Shown here: piece by piece, positions 52,665 through 62,060 of the stretch
How the letters are laid out: each line of letters opens with the position of its first letter
How positions within the stretch are numbered: the first letter of the stretch is position 1
NCBI GenBank assembly: GCA_017411745.1
Contig: JAFQPM010000016.1
Location: 19,120 to 83,119 of the forward strand
From: Clostridia bacterium
Lineage (GTDB): Bacteria; Bacillota; Clostridia; Oscillospirales; CAG-272
Length of the DNA stretch: 64,000 nt
Reading direction: 5' to 3'
Translations under genes and position numbers: made by a program
Notes under the pieces: model-generated
Databases searched by the model: none
Told to the model about the DNA's origin: nothing
The model's input: only the letters and a program-made list of their open reading frames with translations

Positions 52665-53528
52665 TTATCGGTTAAGTGCCTGCGCTATCGTTTGTGCGCA
52701 CTGCTCGGGGGTGTTTATCTCTCCCTCAAGCTTGATCCCCTTTTCTCTCAATCGCAAAAGCAGATCGGCGCACTGCGGGAGATCAAGTCCTGCACTACGC
52801 AAGATCTCTGCCTGCGCAAATATTTTGGACGGAGCACCGTCGAGAATTATCTTGCCGTCGTTGATGACGATCACTCGGTCGGCTCTGACAGCCTCGTCCA
52901 TATAGTGAGTTATCGTGATGACGGTCTTGCCTTCTTCTTTGTTGAGCTTTTCGATAGTCTCTACTACGTCTTTTCTGCCCATAGGATCAAGCATTGCGGT
53001 CGACTCGTCGAAGATCATACAGTCGGGCTTCATCGCAATGACGCCTGCTATGGCTATTCTTTGTTTCTGTCCGCCCGAAAGTCTATGGGGCTCGTGGTGA
53101 GCAAATTCGGTCATTCCAACGGTCTTGAGGGCGTAGTCCACGCGCTGTCTTATCTCCTCGCGCGGTACGCCGAGATTTTCGGGACCAAACGCGACGTCCT
53201 CCTCCACTATCGTTGCGACAAGCTGATTGTCGGGATTCTGGAATACCATTCCTATCTTTTTACGAAGCTCGTATATGTCGTCCTCTGTCATATCATCGGA
53301 CGTGATATCCACACCGTCGACCTCTATGCTTCCTTCGAAGAAATCGTAATCCTCGATCACGAGATTCAAGAGCTTTGCAAGGGTCGATTTTCCCGAGCCG
53401 TTATGTCCGAGAATTGCGACGTACTCGCCCTTCTCTATGTCAAGAGACACGCCTCGCAGCACGGGGATCGGCTCGTCGTTGTCGTCCTTGTATGAGTATT
53501 TGAGATTTCTTATCTTGATATAAGACAT
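52665..53528 (-). CDS. ecfA1: ECF transporter ATPase EcfA1
   Basis: GHNGSGKST, LSGGQKQRIAIAGV and MIFDESTAMLD. It is first of the ecfA1-ecfA2-ecfT triad. Confidence 0.93.
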   Translation of the reverse strand: MSYIKIRNLKYSYKDDNDEPIPVLRGVSLDIEKGEYVAILGHNGSGKSTLAKLLNLVIEDYDFFEGSIEVDGVDITSDDMTEDDIYELRKKIGMVFQNPDNQLVATIVEEDVAFGPENLGVPREEIRQRVDYALKTVGMTEFAHHEPHRLSGGQKQRIAIAGVIAMKPDCMIFDESTAMLDPMGRKDVVETIEKLNKEEGKTVITITHYMDEAVRADRVIVINDGKIILDGAPSKIFAQAEILRSAGLDLPQCADLLLRLREKGIKLEGEINTPEQCAQTIAQALNR

Positions 53529-53564
53529 CGTTTTTTCCTTCTGAAATAATAATTTTGTGCGATT

Positions 53565-54431
53565 TTATTTAGCGCTTGTCCAGCGCGTGCTCGCTCCGCA
53601 AGGAAGCACCGAGCCTGTTTGCGATACGCGAAGTCCGATCTCGCCTGCCTCTACCTTACCTCCGTAGACTGACCTCACCTTCAAGTCAAGGATGTAGCTC
53701 ATCGTAAGAGGGGAAAGTCCCGTTGTGTAGGAGTTTATGAGGAAGAAAAGCGGCTCGCGCGAGAGGACCTGCGAGGCAAGTCCAATGAGCTCGTCTATGT
53801 TATCCTCTAACTTCCAGACCTCGCCGTTAGGGCCTCTGCCGTATGAGGGGGGATCCATAATTATTCCGTCGTATTTGTTGCCACGGCGGATCTCGCGCTC
53901 GATGAATTTCTTGCAGTCATCAACTATATAGCGGATAGGTGCATCTCCAAGACCCGAAAGCGCCGCATTTTCCTTTGCCATAGCGACCATTCCTTTAGAA
54001 GCATCGACATGCACGACCTGTGCGCCAACCTTTGCCGCGGCGACGGTTGCGCCGCCCGTATACGCGAAAAGGTTGAGGACCTTGATGGGTCGGTTGGCGT
54101 TCTTTATGAGGGACGAGAACCAATCCCAGTTGGTCGCCTGCTCGGGAAAGAGCCCCGTATGCTTGAAGCCCATGGGCTTGAGGCGGAATTTGAGGTCTCC
54201 GTATGAAATATCCCACGTTTCGGGCATTTTGTGCTTGACCCAACCGCCGCCACCGCTGCTTGAACGGCGGTAAACTCCGTCCGCTTGCTTCCATGCGTGA
54301 TGTCTTGCCGCGCCCTTCCAGATTATCTGAGGATCGGGACGGACGAGTATATATTTTCCCCAACGCTCGAGACGTTCGCCGTCCGAAGCATCGAGCAATT
54401 CGTAATCCTGCCATTTATCACTGCACCACAT
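53565..54431 (-). CDS. Class I SAM-dependent methyltransferase (RlmI-like catalytic domain, no PUA domain)
   Basis: LNLFAYTGGATVAAA (motif I) and IIMDPPSYGRG (motif IV). Confidence 0.8.
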   Translation of the reverse strand: MWCSDKWQDYELLDASDGERLERWGKYILVRPDPQIIWKGAARHHAWKQADGVYRRSSSGGGGWVKHKMPETWDISYGDLKFRLKPMGFKHTGLFPEQATNWDWFSSLIKNANRPIKVLNLFAYTGGATVAAAKVGAQVVHVDASKGMVAMAKENAALSGLGDAPIRYIVDDCKKFIEREIRRGNKYDGIIMDPPSYGRGPNGEVWKLEDNIDELIGLASQVLSREPLFFLINSYTTGLSPLTMSYILDLKVRSVYGGKVEAGEIGLRVSQTGSVLPCGASTRWTSAK

Positions 54432-54457
54432 AAAATTTCTCCGTTTTTCTCTGTTTT

Positions 54458-54955
54458 TTACTTGTTATAATACTGTGCGAGCTTTGAAGCACCGCTATGT
54501 CCGTGGCAGATCGCTATTGCGAGCGCATCTGCGGTATCGTCGGGCTTGGGGGGCGCGGGCAGATTCAAAAACGACGTGACCATCGTAATTACCTGCTTTT
54601 TTTCGGCTCTTCCGTAGCCTACCACCGCTTGTTTGACCTGCAGGGGCGTATATTCGGCAATTTCGACACCCTTAAGTCTTGCAGAGAGCAATATTATACC
54701 TCTTGCCTCTGCTACTACGATAGCAGTCTTTGAGTTAGTGTTGAAGAACAACTCCTCCACCGCCATTTGCTCGGGCTTGTACTTATCTATGATCTCGTTC
54801 ATTCCAAGGTGAATACGCTCAAGTCGCTCTATCATCGGCATTCCTGCGGGGGTCTGTATCGAGCCGTAGCCGAGCGTTCTGAACTTCGATCCCGAATATT
54901 CGATTACTCCCCAGCCAACTATTGCGTATCCCGGGTCAATTCCAAGTATTATCAT
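54458..54955 (-). CDS. ruvC: Holliday junction resolvase RuvC
   Basis: ILGIDPGYAIVGWGV with the catalytic Asp, plus DTADALAIAICH. The start is set at the ATG at 54955 after GGAGA. Confidence 0.93.
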   Translation of the reverse strand: MIILGIDPGYAIVGWGVIEYSGSKFRTLGYGSIQTPAGMPMIERLERIHLGMNEIIDKYKPEQMAVEELFFNTNSKTAIVVAEARGIILLSARLKGVEIAEYTPLQVKQAVVGYGRAEKKQVITMVTSFLNLPAPPKPDDTADALAIAICHGHSGASKLAQYYNK

Positions 54956-55117
54956 AGCTTCTCCGTTCTTTTGAGCAGACGCCATTTTCGCGCAAAAGCG
55001 TTTAAAGGCAACACTAACCCATTATCATAATTCATATTATTATATCACATATCCACCTCTCTGTCAAATCCTTTTTATTAAAAATTATGAATTAATGGAA
55101 AATTTTAATAAATTCAG

Positions 55118-55146
55118 TTTACATTCCCACACTTATATGGTATAAT
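55118..55146 (+). promoter_or_regulatory. Sigma-A promoter for DUF951-yfhO (and possibly ruvAB)
   Basis: TTTACA (55118-55123), 17-nt spacer ending in TGg, TATAAT (55141-55146). Confidence 0.6.
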
Positions 55147-55186
55147 GTTATTTGGTGTAAAATTTGAACTTTTAAGGTAACCGTGT

Positions 55187-55381
55187 ATGCAAATTGTTAA
55201 AATCGAAGTCGGCGACATGCTCGAATTGAAAAAGCCGCATCCTTGTGGCGAACGCATCTTCAAAGTCCTCCGTATTGGGAGCGACGTTAGAATAGTTTGC
55301 CAGAATTGTGGGCGCGACTTAACGCTTGACCGTATAAAGCTTGAAAAATCCATCAAAAAGTTTCTTAACAGAGATCTTTAA
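55187..55381 (+). CDS. DUF951 family small protein
   Basis: 64 aa. The block VGDMLELKKPHPCGERIFKVLRIGSDVRIVCQNCGRDL is typical of DUF951 (C...C...CxxC). Confidence 0.8.
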   Translation: MQIVKIEVGDMLELKKPHPCGERIFKVLRIGSDVRIVCQNCGRDLTLDRIKLEKSIKKFLNRDL

Positions 55382-55408
55382 TCCCCAGATAAAAGAAAGG
55401 ATCCCCAA

Positions 55409-58400
55409 ATGAAAAAAAAGCAACTCAACTCAAAAGATCAGTCCCCCGTTCTTCTTTCCGAGGGCGCTACCCTGACGGGAGAAAAGCTGACCTTTAAGCA
55501 AAAGCTTGCATCAATCAAAAAAGAATACGGATATATTTCGCTGGCTGCTATCATCCCCGCAGTCATCTTCTTCCTGATATACCTCGCCAGAGGACTTTAT
55601 CCCTTTGGGAACGAGACTGTTTTGGTGCTTGACCTGAACGGTCAGTACGTTTATTTTTTCGAAGAGCTGAGGAATACCGTTCTCAACGGCGGAAGCCTAC
55701 TATACTCGTGGTCACGTCAGCTTGGCGGTGAATTTCTCGGAATTTACGCGTACTATATAGCAAGTCCGCTGTCCTACCTTATTCTCCTTTTCCCTGCCGA
55801 TAAGACTCAGGAATTTTTGCTCGTGATGTTTATGATCAAGGCGGCGATCTGCGGTGGAACGATGGCATTTTATCTGCACAAGCATTCCGTCAACAAAAAC
55901 AAGCTCGCAGTCGTGACCTTTGCTATAATGTACGCTTTGTGTGCATACTGCGTGGTGCATCAGAACAATACGATGTGGATAGATGCGGTTATGTGGTTGC
56001 CCTTGGTAACTTACGGTCTTGAAGAACTGATAAAGTACGGTAAATACAAGGTCTTTGTTATTTTCCTTGCACTGACTCTGGCAAGCAACTTCTATATCGG
56101 ATATATGGTCTGCATATTCGTGCTGATCTACTATTTCTTCTACATGCTTGCATACAAGGATAACAACGTAAACAATCCTCGCAAAGAAGAAAATCATTTT
56201 CTCAAATCCATTCTGCGAGTAGGATTTTTCTCGGCGGTCGCGATAGCTATTGCCGCGGTAATCGTTTTCGGTGCTTATTATTCTCTCCAGTTCGGTAAAA
56301 ATGAATTTACAAATCCCTCTTGGGAAATAAAGTTCAAATTCGATTTCTACGATCTTCTGTTTAAACTTTTGCCCTCTTCTTACGATACCGTACGAATCGA
56401 CGGACTGCCTTTCGTATACTGCGGTCTGCTAACGGTTCTTCTTGCTCCGCTGTTCTTCTGCTCCAAGAAATTTACTACGCGCGAAAAGATCGCAAGCGGC
56501 GTTTTGATCCTCATTTTCGTATTCAGCTTTATGATATCTACGCTTGATCTCGTTTGGCACGGTTTCCAGAAGCCACAGTGGCTCAACGCAAGATTCAGCT
56601 TTATGCTCTGCTTCTTCTTGATCTTCCTTGCCTTCAGAGCGTTTGATCAGATAAAGTCGATACACGCAAGCAGTGTGGCAGCTGTAGCAACGGTCATATT
56701 CTTGTATCTTATCATTCTGCAGAACTTCGAGGAAGATTTTATCGCAAAGCTTGAAGCCTTGGCATACGGTCCCAAGGACGGAAAATTCTCTATCCATCCG
56801 TTTGCCACGGTAACGCTTACGATCGTTTGCCTTGTGGCATACGTTTCGCTTATTGCCTTGATGTCGAAGGCTAAAAATAAAGACCTCGTTGCTGCTGTTC
56901 TTCTCTGCGTAGTTTGCGGCGAGCTCTTCTTCAGCGGTCTGTCAAACATCAATGATTTTGACAGCGACGTTAGTTACTCAACTCATTCGTCATACAATGA
57001 TTTCACTGAGATGATGGATCCGATAGTGGAAGTAATCAAGGAATATGACGATTCGTTCTATCGCTGCGAAAAGACCTATTACAGAAAGACCAACGACAAT
57101 ATGCTTCTCGGTATTAAGGGACTTTCCAATTCTACGTCTACACTTAACAAGAGTACTATAGATTTTCTGCACAGGCTTGGATATTACTCAAAATCCAACT
57201 TGTCAAAGTATCAGGGCGGAACCGCAGTTACAGACTCCCTTCTCGGTATCAAGTATATAATCTCCGACAGAGATTACTCTTCTGTTTACGGCGAACCAAT
57301 CTTCTCGGGAGAGGATTATGCAGAGCATCTCGGAATTACCGTTGATGAGCTGATAGAATCCACAACGGCGGGAACGAAGTATACGGGCGGTCAGTCTAAA
57401 TATTATTCCAGCAACGATTTCTTCGTTTACTACAATCCTAACGCTCTTTCGCTGGCGTTCGCGGCTACCGACGCTATTCTTGAAGTTAATATGAAGGAAG
57501 AAAATTCCTATCTCTCTGAAAAAAATGAAAAATACGAGGCGCTGAACAATCCCGATGGATACACTTCTCCCTTCACAAGAGTAAACGCTATTCTCAGCGC
57601 TATTCTCGGTGAAGAAGTTGAGGTATTCAAGGCTGCAGTTCAGAACGGCGATCCCGTTACCTCGGGTTGTACCGCTTCGATAAGCTCAAAGCACAACAAA
57701 TACACCGCGACCGGTGATAAGCCTACCGTAACTTATTCCTACACTGTTCCCGAAAATACAATGCTTTATCTGTATTTCCCGTCTTATTATTCACGTGCCA
57801 TCAAATTGTCCTCCTCAACTTCCCCTATTCTGGACAATACGTCGTCACTTGACAGATGTGACGACAGAATCGTGGAACTGGGTGCGATCAGCGGAACCGA
57901 ATACAGTCTTACCGTTACCCCTAACGGAACTAATAAAGATTTCTACACCAAGCTTGACGATTCCTTCATTTACTACATTGATACCGAGGCGCTTGCCGAC
58001 GTATTCGGTCGTATTCAGGAAAATCAGCTTGTCATTAATGATAATTACAAGGATGACGATATCCGCGGAACTATAAAGACAGCAAACGACGATCAGCTCG
58101 TTATGACTACCATTCCTTACGACAAGGGTTGGCAGGTATACGTTGACGGCGAGAAGGTTGAGACCTTTGAGGTTCTTGATTCGCTCGTTGCGTTCAGAGT
58201 CGATGACACGGGTGATCATACCGTTAGATTCGTTTACCGTTCTAAAGCTTTTGTATTCGGTATTACATTGACGCTTGTTGGAATCGCGGGCTTCGTACTC
58301 ATTATCGTGTTTGAGCAGAGGCTCAAGAAACTCAAGCTCGTAAAAGCGATTTTCGTCGTTGATGATACTCAAAGCGTTGGAACAAAAACAAATAAGGCTA

Positions 58401-58432
58401 TTGATTCAAAGGCTTCCCACAAAGGGAAATAA
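55409..58432 (+). CDS. YfhO family membrane glycosyl-/lipid-linked-sugar transferase-like protein
   Basis: 1007 aa with about 13 N-terminal TM helices (YPFGNETVLVLDLNGQYVYFF start is typical of YfhO), a large extracytoplasmic domain, and a C-terminal TM anchor. Confidence 0.85.
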   Translation: MKKKQLNSKDQSPVLLSEGATLTGEKLTFKQKLASIKKEYGYISLAAIIPAVIFFLIYLARGLYPFGNETVLVLDLNGQYVYFFEELRNTVLNGGSLLYSWSRQLGGEFLGIYAYYIASPLSYLILLFPADKTQEFLLVMFMIKAAICGGTMAFYLHKHSVNKNKLAVVTFAIMYALCAYCVVHQNNTMWIDAVMWLPLVTYGLEELIKYGKYKVFVIFLALTLASNFYIGYMVCIFVLIYYFFYMLAYKDNNVNNPRKEENHFLKSILRVGFFSAVAIAIAAVIVFGAYYSLQFGKNEFTNPSWEIKFKFDFYDLLFKLLPSSYDTVRIDGLPFVYCGLLTVLLAPLFFCSKKFTTREKIASGVLILIFVFSFMISTLDLVWHGFQKPQWLNARFSFMLCFFLIFLAFRAFDQIKSIHASSVAAVATVIFLYLIILQNFEEDFIAKLEALAYGPKDGKFSIHPFATVTLTIVCLVAYVSLIALMSKAKNKDLVAAVLLCVVCGELFFSGLSNINDFDSDVSYSTHSSYNDFTEMMDPIVEVIKEYDDSFYRCEKTYYRKTNDNMLLGIKGLSNSTSTLNKSTIDFLHRLGYYSKSNLSKYQGGTAVTDSLLGIKYIISDRDYSSVYGEPIFSGEDYAEHLGITVDELIESTTAGTKYTGGQSKYYSSNDFFVYYNPNALSLAFAATDAILEVNMKEENSYLSEKNEKYEALNNPDGYTSPFTRVNAILSAILGEEVEVFKAAVQNGDPVTSGCTASISSKHNKYTATGDKPTVTYSYTVPENTMLYLYFPSYYSRAIKLSSSTSPILDNTSSLDRCDDRIVELGAISGTEYSLTVTPNGTNKDFYTKLDDSFIYYIDTEALADVFGRIQENQLVINDNYKDDDIRGTIKTANDDQLVMTTIPYDKGWQVYVDGEKVETFEVLDSLVAFRVDDTGDHTVRFVYRSKAFVFGITLTLVGIAGFVLIIVFEQRLKKLKLVKAIFVVDDTQSVGTKTNKAIDSKASHKGK

Positions 58433-58468
58433 GAATAGCTAACAACAATTCAATTTAAGGAAATATCT

Positions 58469-59092
58469 ATGTTTTATTATATTTCGGGCAAGCTTGCATA
58501 CGCTACCCCCACTACCGCGGTCATTGACGCGGGTGGGGTCGGCTACAAGCTTACAATCAGCGAAACCACTTATAATTCTCTCCCCCCGCGCCACACGGTC
58601 GACGCTCCTATAGCAAAGCTTTTCACCTATATGGCAGTGCGCGAGGACGGTATCGAGCTCTTCGGTTTTGCAAGCGAGACCGAGCTCTCGTCGTTCAAAA
58701 TGCTTTTGTCGGTTTCGGGTGTAGGTCCTAAAGCGGCGATATCTATTCTTTCTCTGCTTACCCCCGAAAAGTTTGCTCTTGCGGTATGCACTGAGGACAG
58801 AAAAACCATCTCTAAGGCAAACGGCATCGGTCCTAAAACGGCGGCGAGAATTATTCTCGAGCTCAAGGACAAACTCCTTAAGGAGACCGATCTTAACGAA
58901 GTTGCGAACTCGAGTATAGAAAGCGTATCTCCTATTAAGACCAATTCGGGCAAGCTTGCAGAGGCGCAGGACGCTCTGCTCGTTCTTGGTTACTCGAGAA
59001 GCGAGGCACTCAACGTTCTCAAAAGTATTGACACGCAGACTCTCGAGCTTGAGGAGATCATCAAAAAGGCTCTTAAGCTGCTTATGAAATAA
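58469..59092 (+). CDS. ruvA: Holliday junction branch-migration complex subunit RuvA
   Basis: MFYYISGKL...GGVGYKL OB-fold start and two HhH motifs ([18 protein letters not shown]). Confidence 0.95.
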   Translation: MFYYISGKLAYATPTTAVIDAGGVGYKLTISETTYNSLPPRHTVDAPIAKLFTYMAVREDGIELFGFASETELSSFKMLLSVSGVGPKAAISILSLLTPEKFALAVCTEDRKTISKANGIGPKTAARIILELKDKLLKETDLNEVANSSIESVSPIKTNSGKLAEAQDALLVLGYSRSEALNVLKSIDTQTLELEEIIKKALKLLMK

Positions 59093-59115
59093 TTCTCCAC
59101 GAAAGGAGCTTTCTG

Positions 59116-60186
59116 ATGCACGAAGAAGAATTTGATTTTGAAAACCGAATAGTTTCTACCTCCTTTTCCGCCGAGGACGCTGACGTTGACGTTTCCCTGC
59201 GTCCTAAAACGCTTGACGATTATATCGGTCAGGACAAGGTCAAGGAGAATCTTAAGGTATATATTGACGCGGCAAAGCTGCGCGGAGAATCTCTTGATCA
59301 CGTGTTATTATACGGCCCTCCCGGACTTGGTAAGACTACGCTTTCCAACATTATCGCGGCGGAAATGGGTGTTAATATCCGAGTCACCTCGGGTCCTGCT
59401 ATCGAAAAGCAGGGGGATCTTGCGGCACTCCTTACTAATCTTAACGAAGGTGACGTTCTATTTATAGACGAGATACATCGTCTTTCGCGTCAGGTTGAGG
59501 AGATACTTTATCCTGCTATGGAGGACTTTGCGCTTGATATTATTATCGGTAAGGGCCCTTCGGCAAGAAGTATCCGCATAGATCTGCCCAAGTTCACGCT
59601 TATCGGCGCGACTACCCGTGCGGGTCAGCTTACCACTCCCCTTCGCGATCGCTTTGGAGTAGTGCTCAAGCTTGAGCTTTATACTCCCGAGCAGCTCGCA
59701 ACTATCGTTACCCGAAGCGCAGGTATTCTGGGAATAGACATTACCGAGCAAGGTGCTTACGAGATCGCATCGCGATCGCGCGGCACTCCCCGTATTGCTA
59801 ATAGATTACTTAAAAGAGTACGCGATTTTGCACAGGTAAAGGGCAAGAGCGAGATCGACAATGAGATCGCGCAATTTGCTCTCGACAAGCTTGAGATCGA
59901 CGAGCTCGGTCTTGACAGCACCGACAAGAGAATGCTTGAGGCGATCATAAAATTCTACGATGGTGGTCCCGTTGGACTTGACACTCTCGCCGCAACTATC
60001 GGCGAGGAGGCAGTCACTCTTGAGGACGTTTACGAGCCTTATCTTATGCAGATCGGTTACCTCAGCCGCACGCCTCGCGGACGCTGTGTTACAAGACTTG
60101 CTTACGAGCATCTTGGAATAAGACCGAAGGTCGCTCCTAACAAGGATTCACAGCAGTTGGATATTTTTTCACAAGACGGTCAATAA
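59116..60186 (+). CDS. ruvB: Holliday junction branch-migration ATPase RuvB
   Basis: [45 protein letters not shown]. Confidence 0.97.
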   Translation: MHEEEFDFENRIVSTSFSAEDADVDVSLRPKTLDDYIGQDKVKENLKVYIDAAKLRGESLDHVLLYGPPGLGKTTLSNIIAAEMGVNIRVTSGPAIEKQGDLAALLTNLNEGDVLFIDEIHRLSRQVEEILYPAMEDFALDIIIGKGPSARSIRIDLPKFTLIGATTRAGQLTTPLRDRFGVVLKLELYTPEQLATIVTRSAGILGIDITEQGAYEIASRSRGTPRIANRLLKRVRDFAQVKGKSEIDNEIAQFALDKLEIDELGLDSTDKRMLEAIIKFYDGGPVGLDTLAATIGEEAVTLEDVYEPYLMQIGYLSRTPRGRCVTRLAYEHLGIRPKVAPNKDSQQLDIFSQDGQ

Positions 60187-60189
60187 AAT

Positions 60190-60227
60190 AAAAATGGCAT
60201 AACGCACAAGGCGTTATGCCATTTTTG
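60190..60227. terminator. Bidirectional terminator between convergent ruvB and the ABC exporter genes
   Basis: aaaatggcataacgc (60191-60205) / gcgttatgccatttt (60211-60225). Confidence 0.88.
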
Positions 60228-60230
60228 TAT

Positions 60231-62060
60231 TTAATGTTCAAACTGACTGTTCCAAAGATCTGCGTAAAACCCTTCGTTTTTAAGAAGCTCTGCATGGTTG
60301 CCCTTCTCTACTATCTTTCCGTTATTCATAACGAGAATGACGTCCGCTTCCTTGATGGTGGAAAGGCGATGAGCAACAACGAACGAGGTTCTTCCCTTCA
60401 TCATTTTAGCAAAGGCATCCTGGATCTTCATTTCGGTTCGGGTGTCGATGGAGGAGGTCGCTTCATCGAGAATAAGCATAGGCGGCAGGCAAAGCAAAAC
60501 TCGCGCAATGCAAAGCAGCTGCTTTTGTCCCTGCGAAAGAGATCCGCCATCCTCTCCGATAATGGTGTCGTATCCCTTGGGCAACTGACGGATAAAGCTA
60601 TGCGCATGTGCTTCCTTGGCGGCGGCTTTTATCTCCTCGTCGGTAGCGTCGGGCTTTCCCATAGCGATATTTTCGCGTATCGTTCCTGTTTTCAGCCATG
60701 TGTCCTGAAGCACCATTCCATAGGATCGGCGCAAGGACGAGCGCGTAAGATCGCGGATATCGTGTCCGCTGACCTCAATTTTGCCGCTGTCGACGTCATA
60801 AAAGCGCATCAGCAGATTGATCACGGTCGTCTTTCCGCAACCCGTAGGTCCAACTATCGCAACGCGTTGACCGTTTTCTATCGAAAGGTTAAAGTCTTTT
60901 ATAAGTTGACGCTCGGGGGTATATGAGAACTCGACGTTTTCGATACGTACGCGTCCGTCGACCTCGTTTGCTTTAAGATCATAGGCATTTTCTGCATCGG
61001 GCATCTGCGGCTCTGCATCTATAAGCTCGAAAACTCTTGCGGCGCAAACGATCGCGTTCTGAAGCTCGGTCACTACTCCCGAGATCTCGTTAAAGGGCTT
61101 GGTATACTGATTTGCGTAGCTGAGCAAACTTGTAAGCGCTCCCACGGTAAGCGGAAGTCCAGTTATAAAGTCCCCTCTGCCCGAAACGCAGATAAGCGCG
61201 CCGACGAGCGCAACGCCCGCGTAGACAAGGTTATTGACAAATCTTGTGCTGGGGTTGGTCAATGATGAATAAAAGACTGCCTTAAGCGAGCATTTTGCAA
61301 GTCTGCCGTTTATCTCGTCAAACTGCTCGATCGCCTCGTCCTCGTGTGAAAACGCCGCGACTACCTTTTGCTCGCCTATCATTTCGTCGATAAGGGCGGT
61401 CTGCTCTGCCCTCGTCTTTGATTGCTGTGCAAACAAGGAATGAGTGCTTTTAGCGATAAATGCCGCAACGAAAAGCGACAATGGAGTTACAAGGATAACG
61501 ACGAGCGTTATGCTGAGATTTATCGACACCATAAAGGCTATCGTGCCGATGATCGTCAAAACACCCGTGAACAGCTGTGAAAAGCCCATAAGCAAGCCGT
61601 CAGAAAACTGGTCTGCGTCGGATATGACTCGGCTGACCGTATCTCCTACGGGGTGACTGTCGATATAGGACAACGGCAGCTCTTGTATCTTGTTGAAGGC
61701 ATCTCTGCGAAGTCTGCGGACGATACCAAAGGTGATTCGGTTATTGCAGACGTTCATGAGCCATTGAAGGAGTGCGGTGATCGCCGCTACGATGCCAATT
61801 TTCAGAAGAATATTATATATTCCTTTGAAATCCACGTTGTTTTTGCCGATCGCGAGGTCTATCGCATCTCCAACAAGTACGGGAACGTAAAGCGTGAGCG
61901 CAACTATTGCTATTGCCAGTATCAGAGATATGGAAAACAGCACTCTGTACTTTTTCAGATATTTAAGCACCTTTTTGCCCGTTTGGAGATAAGTCGCGCC
62001 GCCCGGCATAGTTGCTTTTTTGTTGTTTGCGGAGGTTTTCTTCTTTTTAATGATAGCCAT
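60231..62060 (-). CDS. ABC exporter, fused permease/ATPase (type I exporter half-transporter)
   Basis: Six-TM N-terminal domain plus an NBD with GPTGCGKTT, LSQGQKQLLCIARV and LILDEATSSID. Confidence 0.92.
   Translation of the reverse strand: MAIIKKKKTSANNKKATMPGGATYLQTGKKVLKYLKKYRVLFSISLILAIAIVALTLYVPVLVGDAIDLAIGKNNVDFKGIYNILLKIGIVAAITALLQWLMNVCNNRITFGIVRRLRRDAFNKIQELPLSYIDSHPVGDTVSRVISDADQFSDGLLMGFSQLFTGVLTIIGTIAFMVSINLSITLVVILVTPLSLFVAAFIAKSTHSLFAQQSKTRAEQTALIDEMIGEQKVVAAFSHEDEAIEQFDEINGRLAKCSLKAVFYSSLTNPSTRFVNNLVYAGVALVGALICVSGRGDFITGLPLTVGALTSLLSYANQYTKPFNEISGVVTELQNAIVCAARVFELIDAEPQMPDAENAYDLKANEVDGRVRIENVEFSYTPERQLIKDFNLSIENGQRVAIVGPTGCGKTTVINLLMRFYDVDSGKIEVSGHDIRDLTRSSLRRSYGMVLQDTWLKTGTIRENIAMGKPDATDEEIKAAAKEAHAHSFIRQLPKGYDTIIGEDGGSLSQGQKQLLCIARVLLCLPPMLILDEATSSIDTRTEMKIQDAFAKMMKGRTSFVVAHRLSTIKEADVILVMNNGKIVEKGNHAELLKNEGFYADLWNSQFEH

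Noticed and set aside
55114-55356. 80-aa minus-strand ORF.
   Set aside because: It is antisense to the conserved DUF951 gene and its promoter, with no supporting signals.
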